From the NCBI GenBank assembly GCA_016839945.1, contig JAEOTE010000100.1, positions 1 through 37,610 on the forward strand: a stretch of 37,610 bases of DNA, given 5' to 3'. How positions within the stretch are numbered: position 1 is the first letter of the stretch; each line of letters begins with the position of its first letter. The notes under the pieces are model-generated. The model saw nothing but the letters and a program-made list of their open reading frames with translations. It was not told the origin of the DNA and did no database searches. This document shows, one piece after another, positions 10,044-19,015 of this stretch. Both the position numbers and the translations under genes were made by a program. The DNA is from Candidatus Heimdallarchaeota archaeon (GTDB lineage: Archaea; Asgardarchaeota; Heimdallarchaeia; Heimdallarchaeales; Heimdallarchaeaceae).

Positions 10044-11438
10044 ATGAGTCAATCATCTAATCTAATAATAATTGGAGCTGGTAAGGCAGGAAGGATCCTC
10101 TTAGAAGAATTGAAACAATCCATCTATAAGAATTATAATGTAATTGGATTTGTTGATGATGATCCTACTAAATTAGGAACAAAGATTGAGAATATAGAAA
10201 TATTAGGTGGCACAGAAGAGATTCCTGAATTAGTTAAGAAATACAATGTTGATCTTTCTATCATTGCAATTCCTTCTGCTCCAGGAAAAACAATCAGTAG
10301 AATTCTTTATATCATTCAAAAAAATTCTTCCAATTTTATGATAGTACCTCCTATTTTTCAAAATCTACGAATTAATACTATATCTGCACCAAGAAAAGTA
10401 GGTGTAAGAGATCTTATTCGAGCTCCAATAGAGAATGTTTTGACAGAAGAATCTATGGAAAAAATCAAAGATTATACAATTATGATCACTGGAGTTGCTG
10501 GTTCAATTGGATCTGAAATTTGTTATCAGCTGTCAGGATGTTTTCCAAGAAAAATTATCGGATTAGATGTTGCTGAAACACCTCTGTTTGAACTAACCAA
10601 CAAAATGAAACAGAATTATGATAATGTAAATTTTATTCCTATTCTAGGTGATATTAGAGACAAAGCTAGATTACATAAGATCATCCAAAAATATAAGCCT
10701 GATATTATCTATCATTGTGCGGCTTTCAAACATGTTGGTATGATGGAAAATTTTCCACATGAATGCGTGAAAAACAACCTCCTAGGTACTATTAACTTAA
10801 TTAATGAAGCAATAGAGGGAGAAACCAATAGATTTGTATTTGTTTCAACTGATAAAGCGGTTAATCCAATTAACACAATGGGAATTTCTAAAAGAATTTT
10901 AGAGAAATACATTCTATCCATCCAGGAGAATAATACAAAGTTCCTGATTGTTCGATTTGGTAATGTGTTAGAAAGTAATGGAAGTGCTATTCCTATCTTC
11001 AAGAAACAAATCGAATCTGGAGGACCAATATTGCTAACCGATGAAAGGATGGAAAGATATTTCATGACACTTACGGAAGCAGCTCAACTTGTAATTCAAG
11101 CTTCAATACTTGGGAAAGGAGGGGAGCTTTTTGTTTTGGATATGGGACAACCGTATAAAATGATAGATATAATTCACAAATTAATTAGGATCTATGGTTA
11201 TGACATAGAAGACATTCCAATCAAAATCATTGGAGCAAGAGCTGGAGAAAAACTATCAGAGGAACTCTTTCACGATTTTGAAAAACCAGAAATATCACAA
11301 CATGAACGTATCTATTTTTGTGAATTAAGCAATGATATTACTACCAAAGATTATAGAGAAAAAATTGAGGATTTCATAGTTAAATCAGAAAATATGAATA
11401 AAGAGGAATTAAGAAATAAAATAAAAGAATTAATTTAA
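10044..11438 (+). CDS. PglF/CapD-family UDP-sugar 4,6-dehydratase lacking the N-terminal membrane domain
   Basis: IIGAGKAG and GFVDDDP in the N-terminal Rossmann-like domain; ITGVAGSIGSE, HCAAFKHV, STDKAVNP, MGISK, VRFGNV, RYFMT, GEKLSEEL. Confidence 0.9.
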   Translation: MSQSSNLIIIGAGKAGRILLEELKQSIYKNYNVIGFVDDDPTKLGTKIENIEILGGTEEIPELVKKYNVDLSIIAIPSAPGKTISRILYIIQKNSSNFMIVPPIFQNLRINTISAPRKVGVRDLIRAPIENVLTEESMEKIKDYTIMITGVAGSIGSEICYQLSGCFPRKIIGLDVAETPLFELTNKMKQNYDNVNFIPILGDIRDKARLHKIIQKYKPDIIYHCAAFKHVGMMENFPHECVKNNLLGTINLINEAIEGETNRFVFVSTDKAVNPINTMGISKRILEKYILSIQENNTKFLIVRFGNVLESNGSAIPIFKKQIESGGPILLTDERMERYFMTLTEAAQLVIQASILGKGGELFVLDMGQPYKMIDIIHKLIRIYGYDIEDIPIKIIGARAGEKLSEELFHDFEKPEISQHERIYFCELSNDITTKDYREKIEDFIVKSENMNKEELRNKIKELI

Positions 11439-11959
11439 GAATAAGTCTTTAATTTATCCATCTCTTGATACATTAATTTCTTCGCTTCTGGAATTTTTTC
11501 ATTGATTTTTAACGCGTTTTTATAACATTCGACAGCTTTCTTTCCAGTAAATAGTTTTCCCAAACCTAACCAATCTTCACATGTTTGTGGTTGTTTCTCA
11601 TTCAATACATACTGTAAACAATTACATGGTTCACCAAATTCTACAAAAACCATTTCTTGTTCAATCAATCCTTCAAAGTTGTTTGGAATAATAGTTTTAA
11701 AAAATTCATCTTGATACCCAGGATTTTGATGCTTCCTATCTACAAGCCAGATCCATCTGGGAGGATTGAGATAAGTTAACAAGACGTGTGTTTTATGGTT
11801 TATTTTTTCTTTACAATTAGGACAAGTAGAATAATTTATTTTTCCATCAATTATTTCACTAATAATCTTTGGATTATTTGTGATATTAATAGACTCCTCA
11901 CTTACTCTCTTTTTTACTTTAGTTCCACAATTAGAACAATCCAACTCTTTCAACGGCAA
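11435..11959 (-). CDS. CpXC-like zinc-binding protein with C-terminal TPR-like helices
   Basis: CSNC-x35-CPNC with SINIT and IIDGKIN between them, typical of CpXC domains; C-terminal WLGLGK...AVECYKNALKIN. Confidence 0.7.
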   Translation of the reverse strand: MPLKELDCSNCGTKVKKRVSEESINITNNPKIISEIIDGKINYSTCPNCKEKINHKTHVLLTYLNPPRWIWLVDRKHQNPGYQDEFFKTIIPNNFEGLIEQEMVFVEFGEPCNCLQYVLNEKQPQTCEDWLGLGKLFTGKKAVECYKNALKINEKIPEAKKLMYQEMDKLKTYS

Positions 11960-12036
11960 TTAGAACCCCTCTATTACCTACCAATAATAATTATAGAGGA
12001 TATCATTTAAATAAGTTGCTATTTAAAGTGATAAAA

Positions 12037-12546
12037 ATGAGTAAAACAGAGAAAAGTAACCTCCTACTAAGAATTTCAATAATTTTTGCTTTAATTGGTT
12101 TCTTAGATTCGCTTTATCTTTTCTACTCTGAGTTGACTGGAAGATTCTTTTGTCCAATCCAAGTGGGAATGTTTGAATGTGAAACCGTTAATACTAGCAA
12201 ATTCGCTAAACTTCTGGGAGTTCATGTTAGCTTTTGGGGGATGCTTTTTTATCTCTTCATAATAGTTGTTCTGTTCCTTTCACAATACACCAAAAACGAA
12301 TATTGGGTAAGTTTCTTTCTTCCTGTAGCAGGATTATGGGGATTTCTTTTTTCAATATATTTAACAGCAATTGAACTCTTTGTAATAAAGAAATTATGTG
12401 AATTTTGTCTACTCTCGGCCATATCTACTACTGTTGTATTTGTTCTAATCCTCTTCGCAAAAAAACTGGTTTTCCCATCTTTGTTCTCGAAACTAGATTT
12501 CTGGAATATGTTTGACAAAGAAAATGATGATGAAAATCAATCTTGA
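12037..12546 (+). CDS. Vitamin K epoxide reductase (VKOR) family protein
   Basis: GFLDSLYL, loop cysteines C-x7-C then TVNTSKFAKLLG, active-site LCEFC, four to five TM helices. ATG at 12037 preferred over TTG at 12016. Confidence 0.9.
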   Translation: MSKTEKSNLLLRISIIFALIGFLDSLYLFYSELTGRFFCPIQVGMFECETVNTSKFAKLLGVHVSFWGMLFYLFIIVVLFLSQYTKNEYWVSFFLPVAGLWGFLFSIYLTAIELFVIKKLCEFCLLSAISTTVVFVLILFAKKLVFPSLFSKLDFWNMFDKENDDENQS

Positions 12547-12584
12547 AACAGATTTAAAAATCAATAAAATATAATCCATATTAG

Positions 12585-13985
12585 ATGCAAGACAATAGAG
12601 ATTTAGATTTTTCAGAATTAAAACGAAAAAACCGATTGGCCGGAACGGCAAGTGAACTAACTCCTGAAGTAGCATCAACACTTGGAGCTATTTTGGGTAC
12701 TTATCTAGGAGGAGAAGAAGCTGTTGTTGTTTCCGCTCGAGATTTCAGAAAAGATACAAGAATGATAAGTCGAGCATTTAATGCAGGACTCATAAGTGTA
12801 GGAACAGCTGTTTTTGAATTACACGCAAGTTCTCTTCCTGTTCTCCAATTTGCATTAAGAAGATTCAGTGCTCATTGTGGTGTTCATTTTGCTTCAGCGC
12901 ACAGATCTTCTGAAAAAATCAATGTTAGAATATTTGACCAGACAGGAATAGAAATTCCTTTTCCAGAAATCTTCAACAAAGAGAAATTAAAACCAATAAA
13001 AAGAGCTCCACCAGAGAATATAGCAGATATTTTATCAGTTAAGCAAGCAAACGATCTATATCGAGCTGCAATAAGTTCTGCTTTAGGAGTGGATATCTTA
13101 AGAGAGCAGAAATTCTCTGTTGTTGTTGATTGCGCATTAGGGCCAGTTGCAGAAGTATTTCCTAATATCCTTGCAGAACTAGGATTTAATGTTCTTACAT
13201 TAAACGCTTATAAACCAGAAGGGATACCTGAATCCCTCCCAAGTCCAACATCACTGTCAATCCTTTCAAGAACAATTGTTGCAGCAAAAGCTGATGCAGG
13301 AATAGCTTTTGATCCAAGTGGCTCAAGAGTAATCTTCTTTGATGAAAACGGGAAAATGATTGAACCTCACGTAGTTACAACGATTTTACTACAAAACAAA
13401 ATGATAGGAAGGGATAAGGGTCATGTAATCCTTTCAGAAACTCTTTGGCCTTTAGAAGATTGGCTAGAAAAAAGCAAAATAAGTGTTGACTTCTCAAATG
13501 AATATCCAGGTGAAATAAGCAGAAAAATACAATTTCAAAGAGCTATTTTTGGAGCTAATGAACAAGGAAACTACATTCATCCTACAATTTCAAATGAATC
13601 TGAACCTATGGCATCAACTCTTCTATTGTTATCTTCTTTTGCTAGAGATGAAAAACACAGATTTTTATCTACATTTGTTGAACAAAATGATGTTGCAAAT
13701 AAAGAATTTATAGAAAGAAAAACCTATTCTCCTTACTCTGAAGCTGATACTGTCTTAAGGAAATTATATGAATCTGATAATGAAAATCAAATCATCAACA
13801 CTTTGAATGGGATTAAAATGATTTGTGGAAAAGCTACCTGGTGTCAAGTTTCCACTGGGATTCTACCAAATAAAATAACACTCAAAGTATATGCAAAAGA
13901 GAGAACACAAAGAGAAAAATTGATGGATACAATAACTAATAAAGTAGAAGAAATAGATGAAGAAATAACAGAAAAAAAACTTTAA
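12585..13985 (+). CDS. Phosphohexomutase (PMM/PGM) superfamily protein with degenerate active site
   Basis: LTPE, VVSARDFR, VVVDCALG and GIAFDPSGSRV match the fold, but TASHNP reads ASAHRS and DxDxDR reads DPSGSR. Confidence 0.8.
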   Translation: MQDNRDLDFSELKRKNRLAGTASELTPEVASTLGAILGTYLGGEEAVVVSARDFRKDTRMISRAFNAGLISVGTAVFELHASSLPVLQFALRRFSAHCGVHFASAHRSSEKINVRIFDQTGIEIPFPEIFNKEKLKPIKRAPPENIADILSVKQANDLYRAAISSALGVDILREQKFSVVVDCALGPVAEVFPNILAELGFNVLTLNAYKPEGIPESLPSPTSLSILSRTIVAAKADAGIAFDPSGSRVIFFDENGKMIEPHVVTTILLQNKMIGRDKGHVILSETLWPLEDWLEKSKISVDFSNEYPGEISRKIQFQRAIFGANEQGNYIHPTISNESEPMASTLLLLSSFARDEKHRFLSTFVEQNDVANKEFIERKTYSPYSEADTVLRKLYESDNENQIINTLNGIKMICGKATWCQVSTGILPNKITLKVYAKERTQREKLMDTITNKVEEIDEEITEKKL

Positions 13986-13998
13986 GCACTGATGTTGA

Positions 13999-14292
13999 AT
14001 GAGCATTTTCGGAAATCCTCTTCTAGATGCAGTATTTTTCTTAATCTTAGCTTCCATAATGTTAATTGTTATTTTTACTGTTATTTCTACAATTCGAGTC
14101 AAATTTCCTGAATTAAGAATCAATAGTCTAAGAAGGAGAAACAAAGAAAGAGGAAAGAAAAGGAAAATGGAAATAAATATAACCTCTGAATGCTTAAAAT
14201 GCGGTGAGCAAGCAGAAACTCAACAAATCTATTGTTCTAAATGTAATAAAGATTTTATAATGAGAAAATACTATCCTAACAATCTATTATGA
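13999..14292 (+). CDS. Small single-TM protein with basic linker and C-terminal zinc ribbon
   Basis: TM at about aa 9-32, RRRNKERGKKRK, CLKC-x10-CSKC. Confidence 0.65.
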   Translation: MSIFGNPLLDAVFFLILASIMLIVIFTVISTIRVKFPELRINSLRRRNKERGKKRKMEINITSECLKCGEQAETQQIYCSKCNKDFIMRKYYPNNLL

Positions 14293-14345
14293 AAAAATCT
14301 TTTCGCACAACAACATTAAAAAATAATAGATTATAGCATATTACA

Positions 14346-16052
14346 ATGATTAAGGGATATCTCAATTTCGTCTTACATGGACATTTACCTTGGGTATTGC
14401 AACAAGGAGTGTGGCCACACGGAGAAAATTGGCTATTTGAAGCAGCTGCTGAGACATACTCTCCAACTCTCTCTATGTTAGCTAATCTTTACGAACAGAA
14501 AGGATATACAGAAATGCTTACTGTTGGCATAACTCCAGTTTTAGGAGAACAATTAGCTCATCCTAGATTTAAAGAAAGTTTTGAGGGATATCTTCAGGAC
14601 AGAATAAATGCAAGCTATAAGGATAAAGATTACTTTAACTGGGTAGGAGAATCTGAAAATTCAAAACTAGCTGAAGACTGGGCTAATTATTATACTTCAG
14701 TCAAAGAACAATTCGTTGAAAGATTCCATAAAGACCTGATAGGTGGGTACAAATATCTTCAAGATGAAAATGCAATAGAAATTATCTCTAGTGGTGTAAC
14801 TCATGGTTACCTACCCTTATTAGGTAAAGAAGAAACTGTAAATGCTCAAATACGAGCAGGACAAGCAATATATCAGAAATTATTTGGGAGAGAAAATTCA
14901 CAAGGTATCTGGCTTCCAGAACTGGCTTATAGACCGAGTTATAAATGGAAGAATCCTATTACAGGTAAAGAAATCGATAGGAAAGGAATAGAGCATTTCA
15001 TTGAGAAAAACAACATAAAATATTTCATAGTTGATACACCTTTATTAAGAGGGGGAAAAGGAATAGGAGCGTATCTAAAAAGGTTTGATGCGTTACAGCT
15101 TCTCTGGAAACAGTTTGAAAAAGAGAAAAAGGAATTGAAAGGAACTGATGAATCAATCTATAGACCATATTATGCTAATGAGAATGTAAAATTCTTTACT
15201 AGAGACGATAAAACAGGGATTCTTGTATGGAGTGGAGATGTGGGTTTTCCAGGAGATGGTTGGTATTTGGAATTTCATAAGAAACACCACCAATCTGGGC
15301 ATAGATATTGGCGGGTAACTGGAAAGGATGTAGATCTAGGAGAAAAAGAAATTTATGAACCAGATAAAATTGTAGAAAGGTTAGATGAAAATTCAGCATA
15401 CTTTGTAAAGATAGCTAAGGATAACCTGTTAAATTATTATGATCATGAGAAAACTCCTGGAATTGTAGTAAGTCCTTATGATTTCGAACTATTTGGTCAT
15501 TGGTGGTTTGAAGCCATTGGTTTTCTAGAAAGAGTTATAACACAAGTAAGTGAAGATGAAGAAATAGCAACAACTACTGGAACTAAATATCTAGAAACAT
15601 TTCCACCTGAGAAGAAGAAGATTATTTCTCTACCTGAAGGAAGTTGGGGAGAAGGTAATTTTCATTGGATTTGGTTAAATCAAGATACTCAATGGTGCTG
15701 GAAATATATCTATGAATGCGAAGAAATCTATCTAAAAGCTGTTAAAGAATATAGAAAAAAACATCATAGTTATTTTGAAAATGCTACAAGAATAATTAAT
15801 CAAATGGGGAGAGAATTATTCCTCTTATCATCCTCTGATTGGGAATTCCTCATTTCTACATGGGGGGCTCGAGATTATGCTGAACACAGGGTGACTCTTC
15901 ATTACGAGAATTTTAAGAAACTTCATAGCTTCTTTAAACATGCTTGCTCTAATCCTTTAACTGATGAACAGAATCAATTTCTGGGTAATTTGGAAGAAGA
16001 AGATAGTTTAGCTTATGAAATGAATGTACAAGAATGGTTCAGTAAAAATTAA
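14346..16052 (+). CDS. GH57 1,4-alpha-glucan branching enzyme
   Basis: HGHLPW, WLFEAAAETY, THGYLP, nucleophile WLPE, acid/base YDFELFGHWW, SSDWEF (DUF1957-type C-terminus). Confidence 0.9.
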   Translation: MIKGYLNFVLHGHLPWVLQQGVWPHGENWLFEAAAETYSPTLSMLANLYEQKGYTEMLTVGITPVLGEQLAHPRFKESFEGYLQDRINASYKDKDYFNWVGESENSKLAEDWANYYTSVKEQFVERFHKDLIGGYKYLQDENAIEIISSGVTHGYLPLLGKEETVNAQIRAGQAIYQKLFGRENSQGIWLPELAYRPSYKWKNPITGKEIDRKGIEHFIEKNNIKYFIVDTPLLRGGKGIGAYLKRFDALQLLWKQFEKEKKELKGTDESIYRPYYANENVKFFTRDDKTGILVWSGDVGFPGDGWYLEFHKKHHQSGHRYWRVTGKDVDLGEKEIYEPDKIVERLDENSAYFVKIAKDNLLNYYDHEKTPGIVVSPYDFELFGHWWFEAIGFLERVITQVSEDEEIATTTGTKYLETFPPEKKKIISLPEGSWGEGNFHWIWLNQDTQWCWKYIYECEEIYLKAVKEYRKKHHSYFENATRIINQMGRELFLLSSSDWEFLISTWGARDYAEHRVTLHYENFKKLHSFFKHACSNPLTDEQNQFLGNLEEEDSLAYEMNVQEWFSKN

Positions 16053-16179
16053 AAATTACATGACTTTTGTTTGGTTTTTTATATCTTGTTAAATGGAGAA
16101 GAAACCAATCATTAAGCATAATGTTTAATAGTTAACCAAACTAAAAATTACTAGTAAACTCATTTATAGAAGGAATAAT

Positions 16180-17922
16180 ATGAAAAACAAATTATTTTTT
16201 TATATAATTTTAACAGCGTTTATCACTCAGATTGTATCTGTTAATGGTGTTTTTCCTGAACCTGATCCTATTTTTGAATTAACTCTAATTTCTCCTTATG
16301 GTGGTTTTGATCTTATTGCTCAAGAATGGGAAAAACTGAGTATATCGACGGAGATTATACACCTAAGTTATCCTGAAATTGGTACAAGAGTTTGGGACTA
16401 TCCATTTTCAAATTACAGTTATATCCCAACTTACATTGAAGGAGGGTATGATCTTGTTATAATTGGTTATACACATCCTAATTATGTTAATCTGGGAAAT
16501 TTATTTAGTGAAGACGAAATAATTCCAGAAGGGATAAATTATTCTCAATTTAACAATACTGATTTTGAAACTGCATTAGATAGTTTTGTCTATGAACAGA
16601 ATTTAAATCAAAGATTACAATATTATTATGAACTACAAAGAATAATACATGAAGAAGTTCCTTCAATAGGTATAATCAATGATGCTGATTTTTTTGCATT
16701 TAATGAAAATCTTGTAGGAATAAATCCCAATCTATTACGTCAGAGAAATCATAGGATTGAATATTGGGATGATCCTTTTGATCATATAATTAATGTTGCT
16801 ATTGCATATTACTTCAATCAACACAATCCTTTCAAACATTTTATTGATGTTGATAACTTGTGGATGCGTAGTGTTTATGGTTCTCTACTAAAACCATCAC
16901 ATGATAACATAGAATTTGAACCTTACATTGCAGAAAATTATTCAATGAGCTCTGATATGCTCACTATAACAGTTGATATAGATAAAAATGCTAGATTCAG
17001 TGATAATAATTCAGTTTTAGCTGAAGATGTCAAATATTCTTATGAATTTTACAATGATCCTAATCTTGATCACTATAGTTATTTTAGTAGATTTTTTGAA
17101 AATAATGATGCATTCGAAATAATAGATTTAGATACTATTAGATTTCATTTGAAAGAAATTGTACCTTGTTTTCAAGAATTATTAACATATGGAATAATAG
17201 ACAAGAGTAGAGTAGAACCAGTATTTGTTGCAAATGGGTATAGTATTTTCGATTCTTTAGCTTTATCTGGGGCAGTAAATGATTCGCTAGTAACATCCTG
17301 TGGTCCTTATAAATTAGTAGAATATAGTACTAATTCAGCTAAACTTATTCCAAATCCTTATTGGCACGGAATTTTTCCAGATTTAAATGAAATAAATATT
17401 ATTTATCTAGAATCTAATTCTGATTATATTGCTGAAATTTCATCTGGGAATATTGATATATTGGATTATATGTTTTGTTTTCAACCAGAGGATATTGATG
17501 CAATTTCAGGTGTAAAACCTGTTTTAGCTGAGAAACTTTACATTTATCAGCTAATATTAAATCAGAAGCATCCTATAATAGGAACAGGAGAACTTACACC
17601 GCTAGGATCTAAAGATGCTGTAAAAAAAATAAGACAAGCATTGAATCATGCAATTCCCCGTCAAGATATTGTAAATGACAAAGGAGGATTCGCAACCCCA
17701 GGAATAATCCCGATACCTTCTGCATGTGTATATTTTAATTCTAATTTACAAGCTTATTCATACAATTTATCCCTTGCAGAAAATCTACTTAAGGAAGCAG
17801 GATATCTTGAAGGAAAAAGTGGACCTACCACTCCTACGAAAAGTAATTTCCCAAACCTTGTTTTCATAATAGTATTATATTCTGTTTGTTATTTGTGCTA
17901 CAAAAAAAGAAAACGAAAATAA
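16180..17922 (+). CDS. Family 5 (OppA/DppA-like) solute-binding protein, circularly permuted, C-terminally anchored
   Basis: Signal peptide; ARFSDNNSVLAEDVKYS, GPYKL, NPYW, IRQALNHAI, YNLSLAENLLKEAGY; C-terminal TM + KKRKRK. Confidence 0.85.
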   Translation: MKNKLFFYIILTAFITQIVSVNGVFPEPDPIFELTLISPYGGFDLIAQEWEKLSISTEIIHLSYPEIGTRVWDYPFSNYSYIPTYIEGGYDLVIIGYTHPNYVNLGNLFSEDEIIPEGINYSQFNNTDFETALDSFVYEQNLNQRLQYYYELQRIIHEEVPSIGIINDADFFAFNENLVGINPNLLRQRNHRIEYWDDPFDHIINVAIAYYFNQHNPFKHFIDVDNLWMRSVYGSLLKPSHDNIEFEPYIAENYSMSSDMLTITVDIDKNARFSDNNSVLAEDVKYSYEFYNDPNLDHYSYFSRFFENNDAFEIIDLDTIRFHLKEIVPCFQELLTYGIIDKSRVEPVFVANGYSIFDSLALSGAVNDSLVTSCGPYKLVEYSTNSAKLIPNPYWHGIFPDLNEINIIYLESNSDYIAEISSGNIDILDYMFCFQPEDIDAISGVKPVLAEKLYIYQLILNQKHPIIGTGELTPLGSKDAVKKIRQALNHAIPRQDIVNDKGGFATPGIIPIPSACVYFNSNLQAYSYNLSLAENLLKEAGYLEGKSGPTTPTKSNFPNLVFIIVLYSVCYLCYKKRKRK

Positions 17923-18064
17923 AACAATCTTATCCCTCATCTTTTTTTAAACAAGAAAAATGAAAGAAATTAAAACAAAGAAATTAGGAGGAAAGTTTTA
18001 TTTTTAACCTTGTTTCTATTATTAATATTCGAGAAAGTAAACTGGGTTTCTTTAAGTGTAAAAA

Positions 18065-19003
18065 ATGAAACTAAGAACAATAGTTATAGTTATACTATTG
18101 AGTATTGTCTCTTATTCTATAAACCTAAATATACCCTTGGTAAGTGCTAGATGTGAAAACAAAGAAACTACTTCTTTTTCTCCAAATGGATTAATTCAAC
18201 ATTCTCCAATTCGAATTATTTCAGATGAAAATCTTACAGCATACAATTTTCCTGGCTTAGGTACAGAAAATCATCCATATTTAATCAGAAATCTGAACAT
18301 AACAACTAATGAAAGAACGGGATTATACATTTCAAAAACAACCAAACACATTATTATTCAGAACTGCTATATTGATGCATTAAATTATGGCATTGAAATT
18401 GTGCATGTAGCTGATAATACTTTGTTATTGACTGAAAATACTCTTAAAAATAATAGATATTATGGAACTTTTTTTTGGAGAACAGCTTCATCTAATATCT
18501 CCTATAATTATTATTTCAATAATGGAGATGGATTAACTATGTTCTATTCAGATAAGACCTTTATTTCAAATAATACTTGCATTAATAATACAAATTACGG
18601 GATTTACTTATCTCGTTCAAAGTCATGCAATGTTACATATAACGTGCTAAAAGAGAATGAAAAGTATGGAGTTGTACTTGGACGTTACACAGAGTTTTGT
18701 GCAGTCCATCACAATTATTTTATCAACAATAACTTAGGTGGATCCTCTCAAGCTTATGATCATGGTTCAAATAACATTTTTTATGATTTAGAAACTAACG
18801 AAGGGAATTGGTGGAACGATTGTTTAAGTGAAAATTATGATATAGATGGCAATACTATGGCTGTTGATTTTTATCCACTTGGTAAAATACCTAATGAAGA
18901 AGAAATGCAAAGAACATCTTATAATTTACTTCTATCCTTGGTTCTGTTTCCTACAATAGCAGTTTTATATCTGCTACAAAAAAGAACAAAAAGAAAAAAC
19001 TAG
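18065..19003 (+). CDS. Secreted right-handed parallel beta-helix (NosD/CASH-like) surface protein
   Basis: Signal peptide; Asn-ladder repeats (NNRYYG, NNGDGL, NNTNYGIYL, ENEKYGV); GNWW...DFYPL; C-terminal TM + basic tail. Confidence 0.82.
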   Translation: MKLRTIVIVILLSIVSYSINLNIPLVSARCENKETTSFSPNGLIQHSPIRIISDENLTAYNFPGLGTENHPYLIRNLNITTNERTGLYISKTTKHIIIQNCYIDALNYGIEIVHVADNTLLLTENTLKNNRYYGTFFWRTASSNISYNYYFNNGDGLTMFYSDKTFISNNTCINNTNYGIYLSRSKSCNVTYNVLKENEKYGVVLGRYTEFCAVHHNYFINNNLGGSSQAYDHGSNNIFYDLETNEGNWWNDCLSENYDIDGNTMAVDFYPLGKIPNEEEMQRTSYNLLLSLVLFPTIAVLYLLQKRTKRKN

Positions 19004-19015
19004 ACTCTATTCTAA

